64,000 nucleotides of DNA from Lama glama (lineage: Eukaryota): contig CM052816.1 of assembly GCA_028534125.1 (NCBI GenBank), forward strand, positions 67,830,001-67,894,000, read 5' to 3'. This document shows positions 24,336 to 36,477 of the stretch, in pieces. The notes below the pieces were generated by a model. It was given only the letters and a program-made list of their open reading frames with translations. It had not been told where the DNA came from and searched no databases. Made by a program: the position numbers and the translations under genes. Position 1 is the first letter of the stretch. Each line of letters begins with the position of its first letter.

Positions 24336-25966
24336 GCTTTCCTCATTACACTTATTCTGTCTTCTGTCAATCCAGCAGCCTTTCCTGGCCCTGAATGTCC
24401 CTCATCCACAGCTTCATCCATACAGTTCCAATCCCTCCATGGTGATGTGGAGAAGGCCAATTCGCACCAGCAGATAGGAACCGTTCCCTTGAAATTCTTC
24501 TACTAGCAGAAGCTCAGCATGAAGGACAGTTCCCCATTGGAATATGATTTTTAATACTTGTACTTATTAGGTAGGGTATCATTGTATGCAATGCTTATGT
24601 GTCATGAACTAAGTGATAAAGTCTTCAGAGCTGAAAACAGTTCTGAATTTAATAGCATCTATTCTCATCACAGGAAAGCAGAAGTGACAATGATCAGCAG
24701 TTTCCAAACTCTTGTTAGTCCAGTGACTTCATCAAGTAGCCAGACTCCTAAGTTACCACCTCCCCTGGCAAGTCACACACAGCAACCAAAGGAATCATAG
24801 AACAGTCTTGCCCCTAAGGTGGTTCACCTAGTAGTTTACTTAGCCTGTAGATGCTTCCCCTGCAACATTTCCTCCTTCTCTGCCCATCACCCACAGCTCC
24901 CACACAAATTCACTTAGCAAGGGACTGTCAACATCAATTGAATTTCAGGGAAGGGAGTTTTTTTCCTTAATGAAAAAACTAAATCAGCTTCGCACAGTTG
25001 CGGTGACGTGCCTTGGTGAAGGAAGGCTACCTGGATGCCTACACAGAACACAGTTTTATAGAGTAACCCCCCCACTGCAAGGCAAGGCGCCAGGTAACGT
25101 GATCTGCTTTCACACAGCCTAGTGTTAAGGCGCTGCTGCCACTCACTGGAAAGTTTACTATCTCTCTTTTATTGTGATTACAAAAGCTAACTGCAAAACC
25201 CGAAACCTTGCTGGGAAATTGCCTACCTACATAAAGAACACAGAGACCCTATCGTTTCAGAGTTCAGTTCTTTCCGAGCTTTTTAATAAAGGAGTTTTTG
25301 TCTGCTTTGTGAGGCTCCAACCACGGAGGAACTTCAAATCCAGGTTAGCTGATGGCTTGGAGTGTTTCCATGGAAGAGGCACTCTTTGGTGGTTTTCAGA
25401 CAGGTGCTCTACAGTTTAAGTCACAAAAGTTAATTAAAACTGCAGCCCTGATACATTTTAGATAGTGGGAAGAGGGAGGAAGAAAAGAGAGAGGGAGAGA
25501 AAGGGAGACAGAGTTTCCTACTAAATGATGTCTCCTGTTTTTCCTGATCCTATCAGCTTTCTTGGAAGGAGGTGTTACAGTGTGTTCACTCTTCCCCTAT
25601 TTGCCTTCACCACCCTCAGGCTCAAGGTTTGAGTACTATAATCACAATGCCCAGGGTGTTGGGAGGTGTTTATTTTTATCCCCACTGCCAGCGTCATCAC
25701 AGCGTGTGTGATCCAAATTTACACTCCTCATATACACAGCATGTGGCCCTGCTGCCGAACCAGCTGCTTTCCCCAAGGCTGAAGTATGGTTAAGTTTCAT
25801 GTTTTGCCTCATCAAAAAGGTGATAGCAAAAACATATGAGTGAAACCTACACTCCCGGTAGCTTACTAAACAAATTTGAAATGTGTTCCAAACGTGTGAT
25901 TTGTTGTTCGGTGGGAGCCCGGGACTGAGAATGTGTGTGTGTGGACGTGTGTGGATGTGTCATAGC

Positions 25967-26455
25967 TGTTGCAGACACACTGACGACTCTAAATATGCTC
26001 TCCCTCCTTACTAATAGCAGAAACTGGCCTTTCTGGGGCAGCAATGCGTTCAGCTCAAAGATCAAGTTTCCCTTAAGGTAGGTGTGGCCGTGTGAGCAGG
26101 TTCTGACTGACTGGACTGGGGCAGAGTATTCTGTGGGACTTCCAGGAAGCCTTCTGAAAAGGGAGGGAGGACACTTGCTCTTGCCATCTCCCTGCTGGCT
26201 GGGAAGCTGATAAGAGTCTAGCGCCCCAATTAGCCATCCTGGATGCCGAGGTGACCTTGAAGACAGAGCTGAGAACTGAGATGTGGAGCAGGAAGAGAGG
26301 AGGTGCCTCAGTCCCTGAAGATTTTGCTGAGTTGTCACACCAGCCCTGACCTGCCTCCTCTGGTTTTTCCTTATTGAGAGAAACCACCTTTGTGTTTGGG
26401 TCATTATTTTTGGTGTCTCTGTCACGAGTAGCCACGTGCAATTTCTAACTGATAT
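25967..26455 (+). mobile_element. MLT1J-like MaLR solo LTR
   Basis: tgttgcagacac...ccttactaatagcagaa...ggcagcaatgcgttcagct...ggacttccaggaagcctt...ccagccctgacctgcctcctctgg...ttctaactgata. Confidence 0.85.
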
Positions 26456-26714
26456 CGTATCAACCTGAGGTTTAACATTTACGAGGCCTGATTCAATGGC
26501 TGAGTAAGCACAGAGTCTGTGTGCAAAAGGCTATCTGTTAATGTCCCTTGGGGAATTATTTCAGTTACCAATCATCTCCGAGTTCATACTTTAATGTAAG
26601 AATACCCATTTTAATTCCTCTTTGTGTTGGAATGATAAGGTCTCTAGAAAAGTATTGACTGAGCTTGGTTGTCCTACTTGACATTCAGTCTATGCAACGT
26701 GAATGTGTTACGTT

Positions 26715-26860
26715 TCTTTATTCATTTGGGAAATATTTACTCAGTACATGTTACGTGCAAGGCACAGCTTCAGATATTGGTGATGGTCCAGGGGTGGTTA
26801 CATAAAGAAAAATGAGAGGAAGACTCTGACTTCGAACTGACTAGGAAAGGAGAGAATTAA
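26715..26860 (-). mobile_element. L2 fragment
   Basis: ttattcatttgggaaatatttactcagtacatgttacgtgcaaggcac. Confidence 0.55.
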
Positions 26861-26864
26861 TAAA

Positions 26865-27095
26865 TAGTAATAACAGCCAATGTTTGCTGAGCACTGTCAG
26901 CTGTGCTATTTCACATATATTATCTCATTTAATATTGACAGCAATCTTTTGATCTATGCAGGTTCTATTATTTTTCTCATTATACAGGCAAGGATCTAAA
27001 GGTACAAGGACATTTGGTAACTTGTACAAAGTCATCATGAGTGATGAAACTGGAAGTTGCAAACAGTATTTGTGTGCTCTTAATCTCTATGCAAT
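26865..27095 (-). mobile_element. MIR
   Basis: taataacagccaatgtttgctgagcact...tattatctcatttaat...aacttgtacaaagtca...tgtgctcttaatctcta. Confidence 0.75.
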
Positions 27096-27147
27096 CTCTA
27101 TGCAATGAGCCCATTTTATGTGCAAGGCTCTACATCATGTTGTAGGG

Positions 27148-27332
27148 CAGCCAGTCTCAATCGTGGTCCTGGGTCCAGCAGCTGCAGTGTCACCTGGGAA
27201 ATCCTAGAAATGCAAATCACTGGCTTTCCCACAGACCTGCTGCATCAGAAACTCTGGGAAGGGGCCCAGCAATCTGGGTTTTCAGAAGACTTCCAGGTGA
27301 TTCTGATGCCTGCTGAAGTTTGAGAACCACCG
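27148..27332. mobile_element. MER5A hAT-Charlie MITE, full length
   Basis: 185 bp; cacctgggaaatcctagaaatgcaaat...cagaaactctggg...caggtgattctgatgc...agtttgagaaccac; 8-bp TSD TTGTAGGG / TGGTAGGG. Confidence 0.92.
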
Positions 27333-27461
27333 TGGTAGGGGATGAATAGATAAGTGAGACTCATTTAAGTTTGGAAGAGGATCAAGCAGGTATAAAAATA
27401 ACTATAACTCAAGGCAGATAAGATAACATGCAGAAAGGAGGACTAGAGTCCTACTGAGTTT

Positions 27462-27622
27462 GAGTTTGCTACCAGATTTTCTAATTTTTCAAGAGAAGCT
27501 GGAATCCAGATTTTAATGGCAAGTCTCTCAACTTTACAAATTGGAACCAAAATAATGTTTTAAAACAAATAAACAGGCAAAATAAAACCTGTCTGCAAAG
27601 CGGGCAGCAGCCTGTGAGCCCT
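27462..27622 (-). mobile_element. MER102-like fragment
   Basis: ttgctaccagatttttctaatttttcaagagaagctggaatccagatttt. Confidence 0.7.
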
Positions 27623-27734
27623 ACTGAGGGCAGTGGAGCTGCTTGGGGGCTTTCAGTAGTCCGCCCAGAGCAGCCCGGGAGTTAACTGAAAGGCACTGGG
27701 GGAACTGGACTAGAGTAGTAAGAGCCTAGCTCAC

Positions 27735-28145
27735 TGTATTAGTCTGCGAGGGCTGCAAAGTACCACAACCAGAGGGACTTAATCAACAGAAATTGATCTT
27801 TTCACAGTTTTGGAGGAGAGAAACATAAAATCAAGGTGTGGGCAGGCTTAGTTTCTCCTGAGGGCTCTGAGGGAGAATCTGTTCTTTGCTGTCTTAGATT
27901 CTGGTAGCCCCAGGCATTCCTTGGTTTGTAGTTGCAAACTAACTCTCCATCTTCAAATGGCTGCCTTCTTCTAAGGACACCAGTCATATTGGATAGGAGC
28001 CCAGCCTACTCCCAGTACAGCCTCATCTTAACTAATTACATCGATGACTCTATTTCTAAGTAAGGTCACATATTGAGATAGTGGGGTTAGGATTTCAACA
28101 TGTATCTTTGGGGTGGGGGTGTGTGACACAATTAAATCCATAACA
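27735..28145 (-). mobile_element. MLT1B/C MaLR solo LTR
   Basis: tgtattagtctg...aagtaccacaa...taaggacaccagtcatattgga...ctcatcttaactaattacatc...ggggttaggatttcaaca...cataaca; TG...CA ends, TSD CTCAC/TTCAC. Confidence 0.92.
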
Positions 28146-29425
28146 TTCACTTTTAGGTAGCATAATTCAATAGTTAAGCTCTTTGTTTTCTTCATAAGTG
28201 GAGGCTAATTCCTTAATTTTTTCATTATCCCTTTCTATGGGAATAGTTAACAGGATATGACACACCTTAATGAAATGTTGTAGTCGATGTGTAGATATTC
28301 AAATTCTTTAAAGTCAATTGAAATATCAACAAACTAAGACATGGAGCTAGTGGTAAAGCAAATGACCTTGCCTTATGTGAAGCAGAACACACAAAACAGA
28401 GCTCATTTAGAAGATACTTGAGATACTTGTGATTTTTGAGCACTTTGATGAAGAAAGGCTACTTTGATAGAAACCCAAATATTCTTTTTGGCTTAAGGTG
28501 AGGCCATAGCCCAATGATTTTAAAGGGCCCCAATCAACACTTTCAGTATTTGATTAGGGTCTGGCTAGACACTGAAATGTGGTGAGTTTTAGATATGGGA
28601 TGATAAATCTAGAAAAATTTAGGGGCATACAGGCAAGAAAGGTTCTACTTCTCTATGTGATTTGTACCCCAAATCTAATAGGCAAGTCTGACACAAAGAT
28701 CAAAAGACAAGCTCATATGTTCTGAGAAGTTCCTCACTCCTCAAAAGCTAGAAATTTTTTTTTAATTCTAATTTTACCTTACTTTTAAGGCACAATCTCC
28801 AATTGCATACTTTTAGATTTTTGCAGATTTTTTCCTTGTCTTTTGTGTGCACCTGCAAGCATATGTTTTATATAATTGAATCCAAAGTGAACCAGCTTAA
28901 AACTAATGTTTGAATTGACATTAATGATTTACTCCTTTTGGCTTTCTGAGGATTTCTATTCCTCCTTTGATTGTATTAAATTTTTTAGCACTACCCACAC
29001 TTTCATTTTTTTCATTTTCTAATATTTTTGTTTAAAATAACATAGGCAAAAAGCATAAGAAAGGTTTAGTTTCACCTCCCTCCCTGCTTTTTTTTTTTTT
29101 GGCTGAAGAATCGTTGTTCTAATTAATCCAAAAAGGGGTTGAGGAGATACTTTCTAGGGACTCCACCTGGGACCATCATTTGAAAATCACTCCAATGAAA
29201 TATTTGCAGAAAGAAATGCTGAAGTCCTAATAAAATGGTTATGTTGCCAATTGTTGGCTGAAAGAGCAGCATGATGTTGTAGCTTGAGCTGTGTGTCTCT
29301 CAACTCACTCGTTCAATAAGTATTTGTTAAGTGTCCCAAGTAGTGTGGCTATGTGCAATCTCAACAATGGTGTATGAAATATAAATTAAGGGGTCAATGT
29401 CTGGCAGATATTGCTAGTTGTCTTC

Positions 29426-30009
29426 TGTGGTAGCCAGCCTCCAAGATGGCCCCCAACAGTCTTCCTCTCCTGGTATCCATACCTTCAAGTAAGCCCCTGC
29501 TACCATGTGCCAGGGTGGTCTGTGTGACCAATAAGGAAAAGCAGAAGTGAAGGAATGTCATTTCTAAGATTAGGCTATGAAAGACTGTGACTTCCATCTT
29601 GGGCATGTTGTGTCTGTCTTTTGATCTGTCTCTCTCTTGCTCTTACTCTGTCTCTCTGTCTCTGTCTCTCTTTCTCTCTCTTAGATCACTTACACTGGGG
29701 GAAGCAAGCCCTCTTGTGAGCAATCTCATGCAGAGGCCCACATGGTAAGGAAATAAAGCTTCTAACTAACATCAGCAAGGAACCAAGACCTGTCAAACAC
29801 CATGTGCATGTACTTGAAATGGATCTTGACCTTTCAGGTGACTGCAGCCCTGGCTGACAGCTTGACTGTAATTTCAAGAGCAACTCTGGGCCAGAACACC
29901 AGGTAGGTGCTTCTGCATTCTTCTTCCTCAGAAACTATGTGAAATAATACATGCTGATTACTTTAAGCTGGAAGTTTGGGGAGTAATTTGTTAACTAATA
30001 ACTAATACA
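29426..30009 (+). mobile_element. MLT1F-like solo LTR with internal (TC)n tract
   Basis: tgtggtagccagcctccaagatggccccca...agaggcccacatggtaagg...tgactgcagccctggctgacagcttgactg...aactaataca. Confidence 0.92.
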
Positions 30010-30095
30010 CCTACTCAAAAGCTCTTCTTCCTTTTCTCCTTGCTAACAGGTCTCATTTTTTTTTCAAAGCATCAATGTGCCCAGAATAAAGACAA
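30010..30095 (+). mobile_element. MLT1J/K 5' fragment (continues from about 29400-29425)
   Basis: ctggcagatattgctagttg | cctactcaaaag...ccttgctaacag...caatgtgcccagaataaagac. Confidence 0.55.
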
Positions 30096-30511
30096 AACCA
30101 ACGAACTAACCAAGCAAACCAACTAAACAGAAGTTACCCAAAAAGAAAGGTGAGACTCAATTTACAGAATCACCTTGGCCCTTGGCTCCTGAAACACAAC
30201 ATAAAACAAAATGCTTTTTAAAGTTGTATTTCAGACCCATACTTAAAACAACAACAAACATTTTAAATTCCTTCTCTGGGGTGCTTCAAGTGATGAGGAA
30301 ATCATCAGAAACTATTTCAACAGTTTGACCCTTCTCGTCCCCACCCCAGGAACCAGACTGCTGGACTTGGCTGAGGATAAATGGAACTTGAGTTTCAAAA
30401 CCTTCCTACCAGATAAAGTTTCAAATTTGTTGCCTTTGAAGACTGTGAAGATGTGAAATGTAGCAAACTGAATCGAACATTTACCAACAGTTGTTTGGAG
30501 AATTCTCTCAC

Positions 30512-30637
30512 CTTCTTGGGCAAGAAACTGTTTACAGCCATGACTGTAAGAGCCCTCCTTTTTATTCTTCTCAGTAACTGGGGCTGCCTGGTATCTGAAG
30601 CTCTCTTATCTACCCAGACATTCTTTGATCCACCCAC
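30512..30637 (-). other. Candidate 126-nt exon (orphan, unverified)
   Basis: Minus strand CCTTTTTCCTGTTCTGTTTAAG|GTGGGT...CCCAAGAAG|GTGAGA; phase-0 frame open (VGGSKNVWVDKRASDTRQPQLLRRIKRRALTVMAVNSFLPKK); repeat-free; peptide not recognised. Confidence 0.35.
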
Positions 30638-31789
30638 CTTAAACAGAACAGGAAAAAGGTTTTGTTTTGATTTTGTTTTTAATCATTGTCATGCTTTAAA
30701 TGGAAAAATGTTAGGTTGTGTATTAGACTACACAAATTAAAAACATCTAAAAACAACACCTCAGAACGTGTTGTTTATAATCTAATGTAGAAATGAATAA
30801 AAAGTGAATTCAATCTTGGGTTAAAAAATTAACAAAAACTGTCTTGCTGAGGAAATTCCTTTCTTATACTTTCTTTTTCTCTTTAATCCCTTCCCCACTT
30901 CTTCACTGTCATTTAAAGTTATAATTCATCTATTGAAGTCAACAAAATCTGTTAAAAATCAACCTCCTGTAACAGTTAAAACTCTTTTATGTTAAGACCT
31001 TAAAAAATAACATTAGTTCAGTTATTTTGATATTAAAATACTTTTGTTGGGGGAGGAGATTAGGAAGTGATCTACAGAACAAAAGAAACTGCACATGAGA
31101 TCATGAAAATTAATTTCCAGCTGGTAGTAATCATAAGAGAAAGCAAAACATACCTCCTAAAGAAGTTACTATCATATGCCCATTTTCCTTGGAACAGAAT
31201 AAACTTGCAAGGGAATCTGAACTTTTAATCAGTTCTTTGGCATTTTTCCAGTATGTGGCTATCCAGTAGTATATTCTTACTAGAGGGACTATTAAAATTT
31301 TTGGAGCTAAAATATGCTGAAAATATGATCAAACTTTAACAAATACATAAGAATGAAGGAATTGAAACTGAATATGTACTAGGACTTTTGATACCTAATC
31401 TGAATTGAAATGAGTTAGGAAAAAAATTCTGGTTGCTAGGTGAGGACTCACATTGTCTTACTTTGAAATGGAAATATGAACCCTTGATAAAGCCTTTTTT
31501 TTTTTTTTAAATCACTTGGGCAATTTAAGGGACCTCCCAAATTGGTCATTCTTTTGCCCTAAACCCAAGTTCAAGTTCCTGTAATGCTTGGAGATGACTC
31601 TTCTGGCCCAAAGTTAAAGTTAATAGAATAGAGCATTTCCAGGTTGTGATGTTAGATGCATTAATATGACATGTGGATGCTATTTTTCAAATGTAGCTAT
31701 AAGATTTTACCTCTGCACTGTAACTTGTGTTACAGTTTCCAATAAAAAGGAAGCCATGACCTAGATTGTTAGATGGATTTTGGTGTCAA

Positions 31790-31950
31790 TCCTGAATAGA
31801 ATCGTGGCTTTACTACATTTTAGTCTCGTAGCCATAGATAAAGATAAATTAACTTCTCTGAGTTTCTCATTGGCAAAATGAATATAATAGTAATCTCTCA
31901 TGGTATTTTTGTGAGAATTAAATGAGAAAATATGTAAATCACATCTGCTT
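31790..31950 (+). mobile_element. MIR
   Basis: ttaacttctctgagtttctcattggcaaaatgaatataatagta...tgtgagaattaaatgagaaaatatgtaaa. Confidence 0.75.
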
Positions 31951-32437
31951 AACAGAGGTCATCTCCCCACCCCCACCTGGTTGTTCTTTTCCATTCCTCA
32001 CAATATTTTAAATCTCTAACGTTAAGAATTCTCACACTTTACCATTTAAAGTACTTCCTCAGGATTCTCTGGAGTCTTCCTTCTCTCCTGATCTCTCATA
32101 TCTTTCTTCCTTGGAGGGTCTTTTTCAGCCCCATTCTTCCCTCCTTTATCCTACATTCAATCTCAGTACTATTTAAACCTCTCACTTTGCTTTTCTCCAT
32201 ACCACTCCTCCCCATGACTCTCTTCCTCTTTTCTTCTCTAAAACTGAATAAGTCTTTTGATCCTTAGTACTTTCTCATTTTCTAAGGACAACCAGGTGCA
32301 TATATCTACTTGTAAAAACACTGTACATTACAAATTCTTTTCAAGGAAAAAAAATCCATTCATGTTCTCATTCAGTCCCTGCTGTATATTTACATTTTTA
32401 AAAAATATATTTTGTAAATAGCCAAGATGAAGCTGTT

Positions 32438-32610
32438 TGTGGCATAGTGGTGCAATGAACAGACTGTAGGAAGAGAGAAGTTGGTTCCTGTTCTGCTCTG
32501 GTGACCCTTGGTGGGTCCATTTGCTTCTCAAGGTCTCAGTTTCTTCAACTGTAAAATGAAGCCATGGGAGAGAGTATTCCTGAGGTCTCTTCAGCTCTGA
32601 AAATAGTCCA
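32438..32610 (+). mobile_element. MIR3-like SINE
   Basis: tgtggcatagtgg...ggtctcagtttcttcaactgtaaaatga...tgaggtctcttcagctctgaaa. Confidence 0.75.
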
Positions 32611-33379
32611 AGAGTTGGTATCTTTATAAAATGGGAATGTTCTTCCAATACAGCCTAACCCAAGAGGGCAGCTGACCATAATATCATTATTCAATTTTCC
32701 TCCTTGGTTCCTACGCATAAGTGCAGAAAATAAGCAGCAGATCGATCCCTGCAGGCACAGATTAGGAGTACTTTCTGCCAGGGGGATAATTACCTCTTGG
32801 CCTTCTACCACGGGGCCTGTTCATGTTTAGCCACACCAATGCCCTTGGATGGCTCCACCTGGGCTCTCTTGCTTGGTTCCCCTTATTACAGATCTATAAC
32901 TGCTCTATAATGAATTTGTGAAATGGCCAAACAGGGTTAAAGTTTCAAGTTTCCCCTGGAAGAGGACAGGTCTGTTGGTCTGTATCAGAGACAGACTCCA
33001 AATATCTCTGCAGCAAAGAGAAGCAGAGTGCTGGTCCAATCCAATGAGTTTATCAGCTTTGGAGAGGAGGAGGAGAGAAGGTCAGAAACAAACATGTTTA
33101 TAAAAATGTCCCCATTTATCCACTTCCTGATTCGGTTTGTTTTCAGAGTATTGTCAAATGCTTCCCTCGCCCCCAATGACAGTGAAGAGCCAGCAGGACA
33201 GAGGTTTCTGTGTTAAGACATGAATGTGAAGTCTCACTATATTTTGAGTGCTTAAGGAAGAGCAAATGGGAACTTTCCAGGGAAGATGGTGGGTGTTATT
33301 AACATGGAAATATGTATGAGGATTCCTAAATGAAGGCTTTATAGGGTGGAGTTGGAGGCTAATAAGACCCTGGCTGGTT

Positions 33380-33429
33380 GGGGGTGGGCAGGGTGTGGGA
33401 CCGGGTGGGCGTAGGGACAAAGGGTAGGG
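33380..33429 (+). other. G-quadruplex-forming motif (nine G>=3 tracts)
   Basis: GGGGGtGGGcaGGGtgtGGGaccGGGtGGGcgtaGGGacaaaGGGtaGGG, all loops 5 nt or shorter. Confidence 0.75.
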
Positions 33430-34009
33430 AAGAAAGCCTTCTTTTGGACTCTGGGGACTCCGTGGGCCTGTTTAAAGGGCCTAGAATGAAGGCTGGAGGG
33501 GAGACTGAGCAAAACAGGGGAGGTGCTAGAGAAAGTAAAATGACTGGAGAGCTGGAGAACAGCAGGGAGGTCACTGGCCAGGGCAAGAGTGGGAACCTGC
33601 AACTGGAGGTAGAAAATACTAGGAGTTACTATTTTTTTAAAGTAATTCCTAAAGGTAAGGACCACACTGGGAAGGGCCTGGGATTGAAAGGAAAGTGGCC
33701 TCTAGGAGTCCCAGAGAGTGCTCTCAGCTTTGAACCTGTGTCAAGCCCATCACTGTACCGGTCAGCTTGGCTCCCTTACCTCCAGGCCTCTAACCTCTGC
33801 AGCTGAGACCACAGCTGCCTGGTCTGCCCAAGGCTCTGCAGCCAACCTTGCTTCTACAAAGAAGCTAGAGCTGAGAGTTCCAGTCTATTGCCATCGTGGT
33901 GACCTGGTTTCTCTTTCTACTGGGCTTGATCTGACTTGTAACTGGCCTTTTGCCTTATTTCCTTCTGACTAAGCCTCTGTCTTGGGTTCTAGGAGCTGCC
34001 TCTTTTTCT

Positions 34010-34255
34010 TATAATAATATTGCTAACATTTGACTGAGTACCAGCTGCTGTGCTAGTCCTCACACTTACTCTCTCATGTAACCCAGTGAGAGAGGTAATA
34101 CTGCTCCCACTATGCAAATGAAAGAACTGAGGCTTAGGGAGCTTTGTTTGTTTTTTGTTTCATTTTGTTTTGTTTTGTTTTGCTTGTCCCAAATCATGGA
34201 TCAGAGCCAGGGTTCAATCCATGCAGTTTACCACCAGAGCCCAACTGTGTACCCA
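34010..34255 (-). mobile_element. MIR with internal (TTTTG)n
   Basis: tattgctaacatttgactgagtacc...atgcaaatgaaagaactgaggcttaggga...cagagccagggttcaatcca. Confidence 0.7.
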
Positions 34256-34834
34256 CCGCGCTGCCCTCCTTCTAAGTGCAGTCTCTGCTTGGCTTTGTCT
34301 GCCACTCTGCTTGTACCGGGATGACCTCCTATGTGTTCTTACTGTTGAACACCTCCAGCTTGTTTGCCTCGATACCCGGCTCAGTGGTCTGCCTGCCCTC
34401 TCGATCTTGACTGCTTCATGTTTATTGGTCCTGCTGCTCATAGAAAACCCTACTTGTGGCCCCTGAGATCCCCTAAGAGCCACGACTGAATATGATTCTT
34501 TCTGACTGGGCTTACTCTTCAGTAAAGTCTAACTGTGCTAGTGTATAGTCAGAGCAGACAGACTGGAAGCAGAGCTCGGCCAGAGGAGGTGAGTACTCAG
34601 GGTGTGAAGTTGGCTGGAGGGCGGGATCAAGACTTCAGTAGCCCCAGCTAGAAATGGGTGGTGCAAGTTTGACTTCTAGATGAGCTGGGGAAGGACCTCT
34701 TCCTCTTTTCTGGTGAATTGGAGTTACTTACAGAATCAGTGGTGAGGCTTGAAGGATTCTGCCCTTTATTTGAGTGTGGCCTACCCTGGAGCATGGTGCT
34801 GTACTCTGATGTCCAACTTTGGTTAGGGCAGACC

Positions 34835-35010
34835 TAGCCAACCTCTCTATCTATCACAGTCACTTGCAGAACTCCTGAGAACTGCTGAAATCTGTATTCT
34901 ATCACCAGAAATTCATCTTCAGATGGTCTAGGGTGACCTCCAGGCATCCACAGTTTTCCAGTAAAGTGCTGCAGGGGATTCTAATGCACAGCCAGGGTTG
35001 CTAACTACTC
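34835..35010. mobile_element. MER5-like MITE
   Basis: ggtctagggtgacctccaggcatc...caggggattctaatgcacagccagggttgctaactact. Confidence 0.65.
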
Positions 35011-35944
35011 ATGTGCTGGGTGGTTCTTGGGCTGAGGGTATCACCAGTGAATAGAGCAAAGCAGCATGACTTGGGAAAGAAAGAAGTCTTTAACCTTGCT
35101 TTTCATTGTGAAACCTAGCTATTATGTAATGTAAATCTGATCAAAGAAGGAGGGCCAAACAGGCTTCTTAAATTGTCCAGGACTGCTAGAGGAAGCACAC
35201 AATGTACTTGGAAGGTGCCATGGTCAAAGGGCTTGAAGAGGACACTGGAGCAAGGAGGCTCCTCTCTGGGACTGGGAGTAGCTCAGGAGCAGGGTGATGG
35301 AGGGAAAAGTTCTCGATTCTATACTAATGTGGCCCCTAGTTGCCCTGAAATCTTGGACTACTATTCCAAGAACTGCCCCAAAGTGTTAAACTCTAAGTAA
35401 ATCAAAATTGCAAAGGCAGAAATGCCAAAGGAGAGCCTGAGAAAAGGCCAAGTAAAGGCATGGATCATTATTTAAAATGTTGTCTTCGCATGATGGCTGT
35501 GATGATCCACATTTGATGCAAAAGCAAAACAAACAAAAAACAAACAAAAAAAACCCCCAAAACAAATATATTTTAAACAAGATTTAAGACACACTGATGA
35601 GGTCAAGGGTTTTCTTAGCAGGAAAGATGTCTGTGATGTTTACTTGGTTTTGCTCAGATCTTTAACATTTTCACTTCCTGTTTCTTAGCTTTTATTTTTA
35701 AGTCTGTGAGCTTAGAAGGGTCAACTTTAGGTTAAGTGGTATATTTTTTATCAAAGTTTTGAAATAAAACTAACTTCTATGATTAAAAAGATAGTAAATC
35801 TCTGATCACTAGGGTTTTCGTGTCAGACAAGGGGCCTCTGGCTATCCAGAGCTCTGTGGCTATCAAGGCAGGAGTGTGTGCTGCTTTATCTTTTGGACTT
35901 CATCTTTAGTTGAGGGGGTTGGAATGGGTGACCTATAACCACAA

Positions 35945-36190
35945 AATAAAGGCTGACAACTCTTGAGCACTTACTGTTTGCCAGACACCATGCTAAATTC
36001 TTTACATGAATTATTTCATTTATTTCTCAACATGACTCTAGGATGTAAGTACTATTATTATCACTGCCTCTGTTTTAGAGGTTAGGAACTGAGGCTTAGA
36101 GAGGTTAAGTAACTTTCTGAAGGTCACACAGCTGGTAAGTACTAGAGCTGAGATTCTGAGGCCAGACCCACATTTATAATCACTATGCTT
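35945..36190 (-). mobile_element. MIR (near full length)
   Basis: ttgagcacttactgtttgccagacaccatgctaa...gaactgaggcttagagaggttaagtaactttctgaaggtcacacagctggtaagt. Confidence 0.9.
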
Positions 36191-36477
36191 ATTATTATCT
36201 CCCTAAACAACTTATCACCACTTTGTAAAATGAGTTTTGCAAAGCCAGCCCTCTGTGAGCCTGTTTCCTCCTAGGCAGAGTGCCTCTTCATTGGAGCTGT
36301 GAGATGAATGGCTACAACTGGTCATGATGGGTCAACAGGTGAAGTTTATTCCAAGTGTAAATAACTGCATAAGAGAGACTAAGGTGAGCTTTTCTTGAGA
36401 ACAGGAATGTAAGACTGTGAGCTGGAATGAACACTACAGAACGTAACCGATTTATTTTAATTAAGAGCAATTTGCTA

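Noticed and set aside
25847..26425. Longest real ORF (192 aa) and the overlapping 122-aa ORF
   Set aside because: They lie antisense across an MLT1J LTR, with no domain or gene structure.
33378..33806. 142-aa ORF
   Set aside because: Non-ATG start; G-rich composition suppresses stops; no recognisable homology.
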